Below the pieces are notes generated by a model. It saw nothing but the letters and a program-made list of their open reading frames with translations, ran no database searches and was not told the DNA's origin. Both the position numbers and the translations under genes were made by a program. A DNA stretch of 64,000 nucleotides. Source: Macrostomum lignano. Lineage: Eukaryota. Where the stretch lies: positions 1-64,000 of the forward strand of contig NIVC01001787.1 of the NCBI GenBank assembly GCA_002269645.1, given 5' to 3'. Numbering within the stretch: the stretch's first letter is position 1; every line of letters starts with the position of its first letter. Of this stretch, positions 36,507 to 49,057 are shown piece by piece.

Positions 36507-36554
36507 GTGAGCTGTTCAAGTTCTTGCAGCCTTGGGGGGGGGGAGGGGAACACA

Positions 36555-37015
36555 TTGAGCTCGAATCCCAGATTCCCAAACTTGACTTAATCCCATGCTC
36601 TGAGCTCGAATCCCAGATCCCCAAACTTGATTTAATCCCATGCTTTGAGCTCTCGAATCCCAGATCCCCAAACTTGACTTAATCCCATGCTCTGAGCTCG
36701 AATCCCAGATCCCCAAACTTGATTTAATCCCATGCTTTGAGCTCTCGAATCCCAGATCCCCAAACTTGACTTAATCCCATGCTTTGAGCTCTCGAATCCC
36801 AGATCCCCAAACTTGACTTAATCCCATGCTTTGAGCTCTCGAATCCCAGATCCCCAAACTTGAATTAATCCCATGCTTTGAGCTCTCGAATCCCAGATCC
36901 CCAAACTTGACTTAATCCCATGCTTTGAGCTCGAATCCCAGATCCCCAAACTTGACTTAATCCCATGCTTTGAGCTCTCGAATCCCAGATCCCCAAACTT
37001 GACCCAATCCCATAC
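36555..37015. repeat. ~46-bp minisatellite in the intron (GAATCCCAGATCCCCAAACTTGACTTAATCCCATGCTTTGAGCTCTC), copy 1
   Basis: Tandem array. Confidence 0.95.
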
Positions 37016-37055
37016 TTGAGATGTGAGATGCTTATTTTTATCTCGATCGCTGCAG

Positions 37056-37689
37056 CTCCAGTTCGACCGTCTGCGCCAGCCATTTCGCCCAGTACACGCC
37101 GTCGGCCAATGCGTCACTGTGGTGCGCCTGGACCTACTGGACTGCCTGGGCCACCGTGATGGAGAGCGGCAGCGCCGGAGCCTGCGTTTGGAAGCGCGTG
37201 CGAAGCCGCCAGAGGGCCTGCGAGTGCCCGCCGCCGCTGGTGACCTCGACGAACTCCAGCAACTCCTCCAGTCAGTGCGACTCCGGCAGTCTGGTGGGCG
37301 ACAGCGACAACTCGACCGGCTTTGCCACTTTGATTGGCGCCGATGGCGTCCTGCGTCTGTTCAGCACTGAGCTGACGGATCCCGCTGACGGTTTCGAAGC
37401 TCCGTCGTCGGTCTGCAGCACCGACGGCGGCAGCACCGACGACGGCAGCGGCGGCGTCTCTTCAACAGAGTCGAGTCGAGTCAGTCCTTCCTGGGCCTGG
37501 GTGGCCGCCGTTGCCGCAGTGCCGCTCGCCCTTCTGTTGGTTGCCGCCTCCGTGGTCGCCGGCGTCTGTCTCGGCCGACTGCACGCCAAGCGGGTGAGGG
37601 CCGCCGCCGCCGCTGCAGCCGAGCTCAGCGCCGTTGCTGCTTCCTCAACGGCTACGGATTCGTCTGCGGCGTCTTCGACTGCGATGTAA
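37056..37689 (+). CDS. TSP1-like type I membrane protein, exon 2 (copy 1); 291 aa in total
   Basis: Acceptor ctgcag at 37055 is phase-compatible. Encodes CAWTYWTAW…KRVRSRQRACECP, a Ser-rich stalk, a TM segment (WVAAVAAVPLALLLVAASVVAGVCL) and a basic stop-transfer. Confidence 0.78.
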
Positions 37690-38014
37690 GACTCGACTCT
37701 CGCGCCGCGACCCCTGGTTCGATTCTGTGCGCGGCCACATTCATTTGGGGCTGGTGTGCACGAAAATCGTGCGGTTGTCATGCAATTCACAGCCATGACT
37801 GCCAACCCCTAAGTCACATGCCGTACAGTATTGGCGCGCTTGTATAATGTGCTCAGGAGCCAGCGGAATGGGCTAAGTTGTCCTCAGCTCCGGTTGTGGG
37901 ACGATGTCGCCGAATGCGTTGCACCCGGGTGCCCGCAACCCTCCTGCAGATATTGATATTTACAGCTTTTTGCAGTCCATTTGAGCTGACACGCATTGAA
38001 TTGAATCCAAGATA

Positions 38015-38428
38015 TGTTTGCCAAAGCAATTGAGCTTTTGTCTATGGTAGCAAGGCTGGCACAGCAGCAGTTTGGTCTAACAAGCATTAATTTGATCCAT
38101 AGAGGCTATGAAACTCATAGAAACTCTACGAGTTACTCGTACAGTTGTGTTAATGCAAATTTCACTGTACCGATACAAAATGATGCTGACTATCAACTAT
38201 AACGAAAACAAAAATTAACGTTCGTTTGACAGTCTAGCATATGGTACACGATTTTTTGGGGCTGATCTTGCTAATATTGCTATGCTTGTGACAGTCTGTC
38301 TAAATGAGAATCTAGGGGTGAAACTATAGAGCCGCTATACGGACCAAATTGATGCTTGTTGGACCAAATTAACTGCTGCTGTGTCAGCCTTGCTACCATA
38401 GACAAAAGCTCAATTGCTTTGACAGATG
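38015..38428. mobile_element. 414-bp MITE with ~85-bp TIRs and TA flanks (copy 1)
   Basis: CAAAGCAATTGAGCTTTTGTCTATGGTAGCAAGGCTG… inverted at both ends; TA at 38013-14 and 38429-30. Confidence 0.85.
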
Positions 38429-38620
38429 TATCTTGGGTTTAATTCAACTGCATGCATGTAAGCCCAAATAGGCTGCAAGAACCTATATTATCGTAAGCTA
38501 CTGGGCACTGGGCTGGGAGAGATTCTGGGATAGGGCCGCGCCCAGCAGATCCCAGCCACTGACTGCGATATTTTAGCACCATTCTCACTAGCAGGAGGCA
38601 AGTGCAAGCTGTCGGATGTA

Positions 38621-39902
38621 TAAGGGTGAGCCAAAAGTTTCCGGAATTTGAACAATTTAAAACTATAACAAATAGTGTCAAGAACAAACAGTTTACAGCG
38701 ATGTGATGTAGTTGCCATTCAAGGCCCTGACCCTCTCCCATCTTGCTGGCAATGCCTCAATCCCCTCCCTCCAGAAGCTCGCAGGCTTTGAATCAATCCA
38801 TTTCTGCACTGCCTGCTCCACATGTTGCTTGTTGGCGAACCGCTGTCCATCACAAAAGCTCTGGAGAGACCTGAACACATGGTAGTCGCATGGCGAGAGG
38901 TCTGGCGAGTATGGTGGGTGGGGCAAAACACTGAAGCCCAGGCTTGCCAGCTTGGCCTGGGTGAGTCTTGCTTTGTGAGGCCGCGCATTGTCAAAGAGGA
39001 GCACCTTGTCGCGGTGTCCCGGGCACACGGATCGCAGCAAACGGGCGACCTGCTCCAGTTCGCTGCAGATCACCTCCGCGTTCACAGCCATTGCCATGCG
39101 GGATGACCTCCCAGAAAACAGGGCCAGACGAGCAGGACCAGAAAGAGAGCAGCTCCTTGCCGCAGTGGGGGTTCCGCATTGGGCAGCTGGGTGTTTCTTC
39201 AGAAGCATCGACCCAGACGGCTGATGTGCTTGGGTTCTCACAGCAGACCCACTTCTCGTCTTGAGCGATTATCGACTTGAGAAAGTTTGGCGAATGACCT
39301 GGCGAAGATTCGAAGTTGCCACATCCACCCTGGCTCTCAGCTGCTGAAGTGTCAGCTCATGGGGCACCAGAGTTGGCTTCTTCGGCACCTTGTCCGCAGC
39401 ATGCAGGCTCCGCCGGACCGTGCCGCAGGACACCCCAGTAGCGGCTGACAGCTTGCGCACGCTGTAGTCCGGATTGTCCTCAAGGGCTTGGAGAACGGCA
39501 TCGCCATCAGCAGCAGGGGGTCGGCCTGACCTCGGCTTGTCCTTCAGCTCATAGTTCTCCTCAGCAAAGCGAGAGAACCAGTCGTACACCGACGACTTGG
39601 AGGGTGCATGTGGGCCCATCAGCTGCAACAACTCGCGATGTGCCTCTGCTGCGTTGCGTCCCGCATGAAAGTGGTTAAGCAGAATTGCTCGCCATTCAGT
39701 TCTTGGCAGTTCCATTTGATGCGTTTGCTGGCTTGAGTAGGCAGGGTCTGGGAAACTGAGCGATGCTAAGCTAGAGAGTGATGATAAGGCTGGCCAACAG
39801 CATAGTACTCGTAGATGGTTGCTGCTTTTAAGCTTTTCCATAGACAAAAATTAACTAAAAGTTCGATTCTAAAAAATTCCGGAAACTTTTGGCTCACCCT
39901 AA
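38621..39902 (-). mobile_element. Mariner element, 1282 bp, ~29-bp TIRs, TA target duplication (copy 1)
   Basis: T(A/T)AGGGTGAGCCAAAAGTTTCCGGAATTT at both ends, flanked by TA. Confidence 0.97.
38693..39715 (-). pseudogene. Frameshifted D,D34D mariner transposase (copy 1)
   Basis: MELPRTEWRAILL…GRP…LVPHEL, IIAQDEKW, FDNARPH-(34)-YSPDLSPCDY; at least two frameshifts. Confidence 0.95.
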
Positions 39903-42900
39903 TATGTTCATTCCACTGACCCTTTGAATACTTGAACACGATCGAATTCCCTACTTGCATGGTAGTAAGTAGTTTCACTGGCGAAAAAATGGCTCAAATG
40001 GCTCAAAATTGCTTAAATGGCTTAAAATTGAAAGATTAGAATTTATTGCACTCGCGCACTGCATTGCTGATCTGCAGGATACTGCAAGTTCAACCTGACG
40101 GCACAGAAGCCGCATCCGCTGCTCGTGTAGTGCCGTCGCTGCCGCCGCCGCTGCCGCCGATTCAATCGAAATGTCCAGTCAACGGTAGAATCTTTGCAAA
40201 CTCTGCTCTGCTGTCCAGACTGCCGCCTCTGTACCCCACCTGTAGCAGCTCCGCGCACTGCGGGCCAACCCCCGTGCGCAGGTGCGATTGACACCTATCT
40301 ACGACGAGACTTCAAACATGATTAGCGTTCGGGTTGGCAATTGTCAGACTGGATTTGATTTTGACGGCGGACAACAGCCCAGACCAGGAGCTTTGAATAT
40401 TACATGTACGGACTTCGTCCATTTTGCGCGTGTGCATGATGTATTTATGTACTGTCACACTACAGCTAGCTAAATGTTAGAAGAGGACACTCACGGGCAT
40501 GCATGGTGCATGTCAGAGGTCATGTACCACACTTTGAAGTGGACTGGCTGAATTTTACATGCATGATGCAAATATGTATGTGTTGATACATGTATCTGTG
40601 TACTGTACTGTACTGAGTAAAGGTAAAGATACAGAAAAGCTTACCAGATATTCAGCTGGCACAGATGCGAATTAGATGTGATCTCGAATTAATTGTGTTC
40701 CAGTTATTTTTTAATTACAACAACAATTCAGCAACAATAAAAACAACTAGATGTACAACAGCAACACCAACCAAAACAACAACAACAACAACAACAACAA
40801 AAACAACAGCAGCAGTAAGGATGAGGCTCTCGGAAAAGTTGTCATGCGGTCAAGTGTTCGCGGGTGTGCAAATAGCGCGCCGCAGCGTCGAGAGCGAGCG
40901 GACGAAGTCGTGGGTGCGGGCCCCGCCGTCGCATAGTTTCATTATATGTAAGACCATGCAGAATCTTCAGACGGTCGTGCCCGTGCCAATGGAACTTGCA
41001 TGGATAACGTACCAGGGGGGGGGGGGGAGGGGCGCAAGGGCAAGTCAGATTTTCTAATGTGTAAATAAATTATTGAATGACTACATGTAAATAATCAAAA
41101 GCAACTTTAATACCTTAGTAATCTGTGCCCCCGCTCAAAAATAGCAGGATCCGCGTTTTGATATAGCCGATTCTGATTTCAGATCAGATCGAACCATTCA
41201 TTGCAGAACCTTTACAAATTATAACTTTTCTAAATGTGGAAAGTGACCCATGCAGTACAATATTGGTTATTTAAAAAATTCCAAACTTTTACCACAGCTG
41301 TTTAGCGACCCTACTTTAATTATCCTCAAAATACAGTTTTAGAACAGAAGAAAAATATTCTTAAATTTTAAATTCTGATTCTTGGATCGAAATCAAATCG
41401 CGCGTATTCTTAGAACAGCTACGTACCATAGATCTATGTGGTACCATGATCCATAGCTCTATAGAGCCTCTTGAGCGCCGTATGAGTGTGTATGACAATT
41501 CATGACACCTACAATTTTTCCGAGACATTTATTGCAAATCTATACAGTACATATGTACTTTAATTGATTGCTTTGTGGTTAGAACTCAGAAAATTAATAT
41601 ATTAAGTTTCAGACTGGACATTTCAGAACCTCCAGAAGAATGGAGGTTCTGAAGAATCTCCAGAAGAATGATAAGATCCGAAATAAATGTTAATTTAATA
41701 AATTCAATAAATGTTAAATGCCTAGCGACCATTCCGAGTCCCCCACCCATGAGCCTTGATATCTTAGCAATCCCCATGAGCTTTGAACTGTCAACAATTC
41801 CTCCAATAAACATTGAGCCACAGTATACCAGCATTGCCAGCAATCAGGGCTATTTTATTTCATAAATAAATGATTTGATCTTGGTTTTTTGCTAGCATTA
41901 AGCATTAGGCCTAGGATGAAAAATTGCATATCTATTCTATGGTCCAATTTCAGGATGTAAGTTGGAAAGTCAGGATGCTATATAGCATTTCTATTGCATA
42001 TAAAACCTAGGATTTGATGGTCATTCAGTATTAAATCAACTAAGACAAAAGGCAACATGCCATATATTGAAAGTCAAGTTTAAGCAATTATGTTATATAG
42101 AATATATTATAGTTTTGTATATGTAAGTGGCATAAGCCTAAGCATAGCCTAGCCTAGTTGTCTAGCATGGTACTCTTAAGTTATATTTATATTATATATT
42201 ACCAATTAGTAGTTTACTATACATATTTCAAAATATAATCATATTAATTTAGGATTAGATACCTGTTCACACTGCTTATATAGCATCATATATAAGACCA
42301 AATTTTATATTTAACAAGTGCATAACATTTTATATAACTTAGAAATTTTCTGTTTTATTTTTCTTATTAATTAATATATACATTATATAGTAGTATTAAA
42401 CAAAATAAAGTTAATCTACTCAATGAATGTAATTTATTCAATACTAAATAAGTAAATCAATTTATTTGTCCATAATTTTGCATAAATAGGCCAAATTTAA
42501 GCCTAAGGACCTACTAAACCTAAAAAAATATAATGATAACAATTTAATGCTAGTATTCATATGATATAAAAGCAAGTTTTTTTCTTATAGTTATAAAATA
42601 CTAGAAGTAGTATTTGAAAAATTAATAATGACAACAATAGTTTTAACCTATCACTTATAAACAGTGTCATATTTATTTATTTATTTATTTATTTATTGTA
42701 TAAGAAAAATGCCTCAAGGATTTCATTTGTCTTAGCTCTAGCCCCTGCCCCCTACTATCCCAACCATACATTTCACATAGCATAAAAAATCTCTATTACT
42801 TGAATCCCTGACCCTAGAAACTTGATAGTTCTTCTTATAAAGCTTTAAAAATATCAACATTCATTCATTCCCATCCACTGTTCTAACCTCTACCTATGAA

Positions 42901-43081
42901 ATCAAAGTCTCCAATGGTCTTTTAAGTCTCAGTCATTAAGTGATATGATGCTGCTCTTGAGTAAATCAAATAGGTCAATACACAATAGCAGAGTTCCAGT
43001 GTCATCATGCTTCTGTTTTCCTGAAAACATGCCAACCATTCCTTAAACATTGTAAAACAATCTTGCTGCTTAGCTGTAATA

Positions 43082-43489
43082 ATGGTACTGCTGTGCAGCT
43101 CGCTGGAGCCGCGGATCTCGGATGCCAACTGTCTCAGACTGGACCAAGCTGACCGGACTGACTTTCAAAAGCTGCTAGTGGAGCTCACCGAATGTGCCAC
43201 AGATAATCTGCAGTATTACGAGGCTCAATCTGGCGATACCGAACTCAAATTTGCCAGCCAATTTAGCAAATTAATCGACCTAATTGATGGCAATATTCGG
43301 CCACTGTCCGAGTCGCTATTTGGCATGGCCAGGCGGTACGACTTTGCCGGCATGAGGGCTAATGGCTATCGGAGTCTGCTGTTTGTTACTGAGCGCTGCT
43401 GCCGCCGCCTGCTCAATGTGGCTACTCACGTGAGGAATGGCCGCCAATCGCTGCTATTTAGATCTGGCCATTATCAACGAGAGCTTAAG
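43082..43489 (+). CDS. LIPE: Hormone-sensitive lipase exon A, duplicated upstream copy
   Basis: DNLQYY…ANGYRSLL…LFRSGHYQRELK matches the HSL N-terminal domain; donor gtgagt. Confidence 0.85.
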
Positions 43490-43604
43490 GTGAGTCTAAT
43501 TAATATCTAATGATATCTATATGGTTATTTCTATTTTATAAATGTAATATGATTTGCTGGTAGATGATATTGGGATACTTGGAATTTTTTAGGATTGAGA
43601 TCTA

Positions 43605-43945
43605 TTTGGATAATCTGTGAAAATCGATTGGGATAATCTGTGACAGATCTATTGGGATAATCTATGACAGATTTATTGGGATAATCTATGACAGGTCTAT
43701 TGGGATAATCCGTGACAGATCTATTGGAATTAATCTATGAGAGATCTATCGGGATAATCCGTGACAGATCTATTGGAATAATCTATGACATCTATTGGGA
43801 TAATCTATGACAGATCTGTTGGGATAATCTATGACATCTATTGGGATAATCTATGACATCTGTTGGGATAATCTATGAAATCTATTAGGATAATCTATGA
43901 CATCTGTTGGAATAATCTGTGACACATCTATTAGGATAATCTGTC
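43605..43945. repeat. 22-24-bp minisatellite in LIPE intron 1 (CTATTGGGATAATCTATGACAGAT), copy 1
   Basis: Tandem array. Confidence 0.9.
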
Positions 43946-44071
43946 TATTAGTATACTTTAAGACCTGTTGTAATGTTACTAATTTTATAATTTATTATCT
44001 CGAACTACTTTCTGCCAAATGAATCAGTTTCGATTGACCTCCTCTGACCCCCTCTGCCCCCCCCTGCCCAG

Positions 44072-44620
44072 GCGTACATATCCTGCTTAGACCAGCTGCA
44101 CTACTGTCTGCACTATGCGGAACGCCTGCCAGCATTCAGCGCGCCCGGATCCTTATTCGTTGACGAATCAGTGTACACAACAGATCCCGAGGCCAAGGAT
44201 CTCATGCTGCAGGCCGAGTGCATCGCTCAGGAGTGCTTCTACGGTCGCTGTCTCGGCTTTCAATTCTGCGACTCAGTGCACGCCACCCTGCTAGCGATCA
44301 GCATCGGCATGGCCACATTTGCCGAGGATTATAAGAATAGGGATAGGCGCGGATTAGCCAAGTGGGCCAGCACCTTGGCCAACTCTAGCCGGCATCTGTA
44401 CGATCACGAGGGTCGAGCAGCCGCCGTAGTCAATATGACTAGAAATGCTACCGTGGATTTCTGTCTGAGATTTTGGAATAGCGCAGAGAATCCGTTCTTC
44501 CAGAGTCTGCCGATGATTATGTGCCCTTCGCCGGCTGTTAGCGAGGTCTTCCACATACCACCCACCGCTTTCCAGCTGCCTAGGGTTCTGCCGCATTCTC
44601 CTGGAGCTTTCTATTCGCAG
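44072..44620 (+). CDS. LIPE: Hormone-sensitive lipase exon B, duplicated upstream copy
   Basis: AYISCLDQL…CFYGRCLGFQF…ISIGM; phase 0 at both ends. Confidence 0.85.
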
Positions 44621-44629
44621 GTACGAGAG

Positions 44630-45066
44630 CGATTCCGGATGAGGGTTTGGCGATTCTGGATGAGGGATGGGGCGATTCTGGATTAGGGATGGGGCGATTC
44701 TGGATGAGGGATGGGGCGATTCCGGATGAGGGTTGGGCGATTCTGGATGAGGGATGGGCGATTCTGGATGAGGGATGGGGCGATTCAGGATTAGGGATGA
44801 TGGGGCGATTCTGGAGTAGGGATGGGGCGATTCTGGATGAGGGATGGGGCGATTCTGGATTAGGGATGGGGCGATTCTGGATGAGGGATGGGCGATTCTG
44901 GAGTAGGGATGGGGCGATTCTGGATTAGGGATGGGGCGATTCTGGATTAGAGATGGGGCGATTCTAAAGTAGGGATGGGGTGATTCTGGATGAGGAATGA
45001 GGCGATTCAGGATTAGGGATGATGGGGCGATTCTGGATTAAGGGATCGTGTATGGATTCTTGAAAG
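44630..45066. repeat. 22-bp G-rich minisatellite, truncated at the duplication junction
   Basis: TTAGGGATGGGGCGATTCTGGA units. Confidence 0.95.
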
Positions 45067-45417
45067 AGTTGCTATAAATACAAATTTATAAGCGGTTCAC
45101 TTTCTAGCAATCTTAAGCATATTGTGTGATTTTAGTTACACGATCGGTCTTGCATTGCTGATTATTTTCTTGCATTCATGGACAAGGAGGGTAGCTTATC
45201 AGCGCGTCCATAGCAACGCCCTCCAGCGGCTGTTGTTGTCTCGCGCCAGATGACTACTGTAGAAACGCGCGCTATGCATGACACTGCCGCATCCTAGATT
45301 TGAATTATTAATCGCCTGTTCAGCTCAAAGCTACATGAAGTCGGCATTTATTTTTTCGCATCGTCTGTTTTTTTGACAACCAAAGCGAGCGGTGCGCCGT
45401 AAGCCTCTGAGACTGAG

Positions 45418-45659
45418 ATGTGTCTCAGACTATTGCTGAAGGCCATTCTGATAACTAGCCTTGTTGTCGGCTCTGTCGGCGGTCAGTGGTGTCACTGGCT
45501 GCGCTGGGAGTGCCAGAGAAGTGCGATCCTTTGTCGGCCAGTGCGCCAGCGGGCCTGCTGCTCTGACAACTGCAGCGGCGGAAGTGGCAGCGAGGATGCC
45601 GTGTACAATTCACAGTCTCTGATGCTGCATCCGCCGTTCTATTGCGATATGGCCGCTAA
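45418..45659 (+). CDS. TSP1-like type I membrane protein, exon 1 (copy 2)
   Basis: Identical to copy 1. Confidence 0.75.
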
Positions 45660-45709
45660 GTGAGCTGTTCAAGTTCTTGCAGCCTTGGGGGGGGGGGGAG
45701 GGGAACACA

Positions 45710-46170
45710 TTGAGCTCGAATCCCAGATTCCCAAACTTGACTTAATCCCATGCTCTGAGCTCGAATCCCAGATCCCCAAACTTGATTTAATCCCATGCTT
45801 TGAGCTCTCGAATCCCAGATCCCCAAACTTGACTTAATCCCATGCTCTGAGCTCGAATCCCAGATCCCCAAACTTGATTTAATCCCATGCTTTGAGCTCT
45901 CGAATCCCAGATCCCCAAACTTGACTTAATCCCATGCTTTGAGCTCTCGAATCCCAGATCCCCAAACTTGACTTAATCCCATGCTTTGAGCTCTCGAATC
46001 CCAGATCCCCAAACTTGAATTAATCCCATGCTTTGAGCTCTCGAATCCCAGATCCCCAAACTTGACTTAATCCCATGCTTTGAGCTCGAATCCCAGATCC
46101 CCAAACTTGACTTAATCCCATGCTTTGAGCTCTCGAATCCCAGATCCCCAAACTTGACCCAATCCCATAC
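45710..46170. repeat. ~46-bp intronic minisatellite, copy 2
   Basis: Duplicate of 36555-37015. Confidence 0.95.
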
Positions 46171-46210
46171 TTGAGATGTGAGATGCTTATTTTTATCTCG
46201 ATCGCTGCAG

Positions 46211-46844
46211 CTCCAGTTCGACCGTCTGCGCCAGCCATTTCGCCCAGTACACGCCGTCGGCCAATGCGTCACTGTGGTGCGCCTGGACCTACTGGACTGC
46301 CTGGGCCACCGTGATGGAGAGCGGCAGCGCCGGAGCCTGCGTTTGGAAGCGCGTGCGAAGCCGCCAGAGGGCCTGCGAGTGCCCGCCGCCGCTGGTGACC
46401 TCGACGAACTCCAGCAACTCCTCCAGTCAGTGCGACTCCGGCAGTCTGGTGGGCGACAGCGACAACTCGACCGGCTTTGCCACTTTGATTGGCGCCGATG
46501 GCGTCCTGCGTCTGTTCAGCACTGAGCTGACGGATCCCGCTGACGGTTTCGAAGCTCCGTCGTCGGTCTGCAGCACCGACGGCGGCAGCACCGACGACGG
46601 CAGCGGCGGCGTCTCTTCAACAGAGTCGAGTCGAGTCAGTCCTTCCTGGGCCTGGGTGGCCGCCGTTGCCGCAGTGCCGCTCGCCCTTCTGTTGGTTGCC
46701 GCCTCCGTGGTCGCCGGCGTCTGTCTCGGCCGACTGCACGCCAAGCGGGTGAGGGCCGCCGCCGCCGCTGCAGCCGAGCTCAGCGCCGTTGCTGCTTCCT
46801 CAACGGCTACGGATTCGTCTGCGGCGTCTTCGACTGCGATGTAA
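46211..46844 (+). CDS. TSP1-like type I membrane protein, exon 2 (copy 2)
   Basis: Identical to copy 1. Confidence 0.78.
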
Positions 46845-47169
46845 GACTCGACTCTCGCGCCGCGACCCCTGGTTCGATTCTGTGCGCGGCCACATTCATT
46901 TGGGGCTGGTGTGCACGAAAATCGTGCGGTTGTCATGCAATTCACAGCCATGACTGCCAACCCCTAAGTCACATGCCGTACAGTATTGGCGCGCTTGTAT
47001 AATGTGCTCAGGAGCCAGCGGAATGGGCTAAGTTGTCCTCAGCTCCGGTTGTGGGACGATGTCGCCGAATGCGTTGCACCCGGGTGCCCGCAACCCTCCT
47101 GCAGATATTGATATTTACAGCTTTTTGCAGTCCATTTGAGCTGACACGCATTGAATTGAATCCAAGATA

Positions 47170-47583
47170 TGTTTGCCAAAGCAATTGAGCTTTTGTCTAT
47201 GGTAGCAAGGCTGGCACAGCAGCAGTTTGGTCTAACAAGCATTAATTTGATCCATAGAGGCTATGAAACTCATAGAAACTCTACGAGTTACTCGTACAGT
47301 TGTGTTAATGCAAATTTCACTGTACCGATACAAAATGATGCTGACTATCAACTATAACGAAAACAAAAATTAACGTTCGTTTGACAGTCTAGCATATGGT
47401 ACACGATTTTTTGGGGCTGATCTTGCTAATATTGCTATGCTTGTGACAGTCTGTCTAAATGAGAATCTAGGGGTGAAACTATAGAGCCGCTATACGGACC
47501 AAATTGATGCTTGTTGGACCAAATTAACTGCTGCTGTGTCAGCCTTGCTACCATAGACAAAAGCTCAATTGCTTTGACAGATG
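47170..47583. mobile_element. 414-bp MITE (copy 2)
   Basis: Duplicate of 38015-38428. Confidence 0.85.
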
Positions 47584-47775
47584 TATCTTGGGTTTAATTC
47601 AACTGCATGCATGTAAGCCCAAATAGGCTGCAAGAACCTATATTATCGTAAGCTACTGGGCACTGGGCTGGGAGAGATTCTGGGATAGGGCCGCGCCCAG
47701 CAGATCCCAGCCACTGACTGCGATATTTTAGCACCATTCTCACTAGCAGGAGGCAAGTGCAAGCTGTCGGATGTA

Positions 47776-49057
47776 TAAGGGTGAGCCAAAAGTTTCCGGA
47801 ATTTGAACAATTTAAAACTATAACAAATAGTGTCAAGAACAAACAGTTTACAGCGATGTGATGTAGTTGCCATTCAAGGCCCTGACCCTCTCCCATCTTG
47901 CTGGCAATGCCTCAATCCCCTCCCTCCAGAAGCTCGCAGGCTTTGAATCAATCCATTTCTGCACTGCCTGCTCCACATGTTGCTTGTTGGCGAACCGCTG
48001 TCCATCACAAAAGCTCTGGAGAGACCTGAACACATGGTAGTCGCATGGCGAGAGGTCTGGCGAGTATGGTGGGTGGGGCAAAACACTGAAGCCCAGGCTT
48101 GCCAGCTTGGCCTGGGTGAGTCTTGCTTTGTGAGGCCGCGCATTGTCAAAGAGGAGCACCTTGTCGCGGTGTCCCGGGCACACGGATCGCAGCAAACGGG
48201 CGACCTGCTCCAGTTCGCTGCAGATCACCTCCGCGTTCACAGCCATTGCCATGCGGGATGACCTCCCAGAAAACAGGGCCAGACGAGCAGGACCAGAAAG
48301 AGAGCAGCTCCTTGCCGCAGTGGGGGTTCCGCATTGGGCAGCTGGGTGTTTCTTCAGAAGCATCGACCCAGACGGCTGATGTGCTTGGGTTCTCACAGCA
48401 GACCCACTTCTCGTCTTGAGCGATTATCGACTTGAGAAAGTTTGGCGAATGACCTGGCGAAGATTCGAAGTTGCCACATCCACCCTGGCTCTCAGCTGCT
48501 GAAGTGTCAGCTCATGGGGCACCAGAGTTGGCTTCTTCGGCACCTTGTCCGCAGCATGCAGGCTCCGCCGGACCGTGCCGCAGGACACCCCAGTAGCGGC
48601 TGACAGCTTGCGCACGCTGTAGTCCGGATTGTCCTCAAGGGCTTGGAGAACGGCATCGCCATCAGCAGCAGGGGGTCGGCCTGACCTCGGCTTGTCCTTC
48701 AGCTCATAGTTCTCCTCAGCAAAGCGAGAGAACCAGTCGTACACCGACGACTTGGAGGGTGCATGTGGGCCCATCAGCTGCAACAACTCGCGATGTGCCT
48801 CTGCTGCGTTGCGTCCCGCATGAAAGTGGTTAAGCAGAATTGCTCGCCATTCAGTTCTTGGCAGTTCCATTTGATGCGTTTGCTGGCTTGAGTAGGCAGG
48901 GTCTGGGAAACTGAGCGATGCTAAGCTAGAGAGTGATGATAAGGCTGGCCAACAGCATAGTACTCGTAGATGGTTGCTGCTTTTAAGCTTTTCCATAGAC
49001 AAAAATTAACTAAAAGTTCGATTCTAAAAAATTCCGGAAACTTTTGGCTCACCCTAA
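47776..49057 (-). mobile_element. Mariner element with frameshifted transposase (copy 2)
   Basis: Duplicate of 38621-39902 at the same insertion site, so copied by duplication rather than transposition. Confidence 0.97.

Larger units (their letters stand above)
35914..45068 (+). repeat. Tandem segmental duplication, copy 1 (~9.15 kb)
   Basis: All ORFs recur at an offset of 9153/9155 bp with identical translations. Confidence 0.97.

Noticed and set aside
40043-41057. Short ORFs, a possible 11-nt micro-exon and a CAA-repeat ORF
   Set aside because: No coherent gene model or family could be built.
47776-49057. Second mariner as evidence of active transposition
   Set aside because: It has the same flanks and frameshifts as copy 1, so it came from the segmental duplication.
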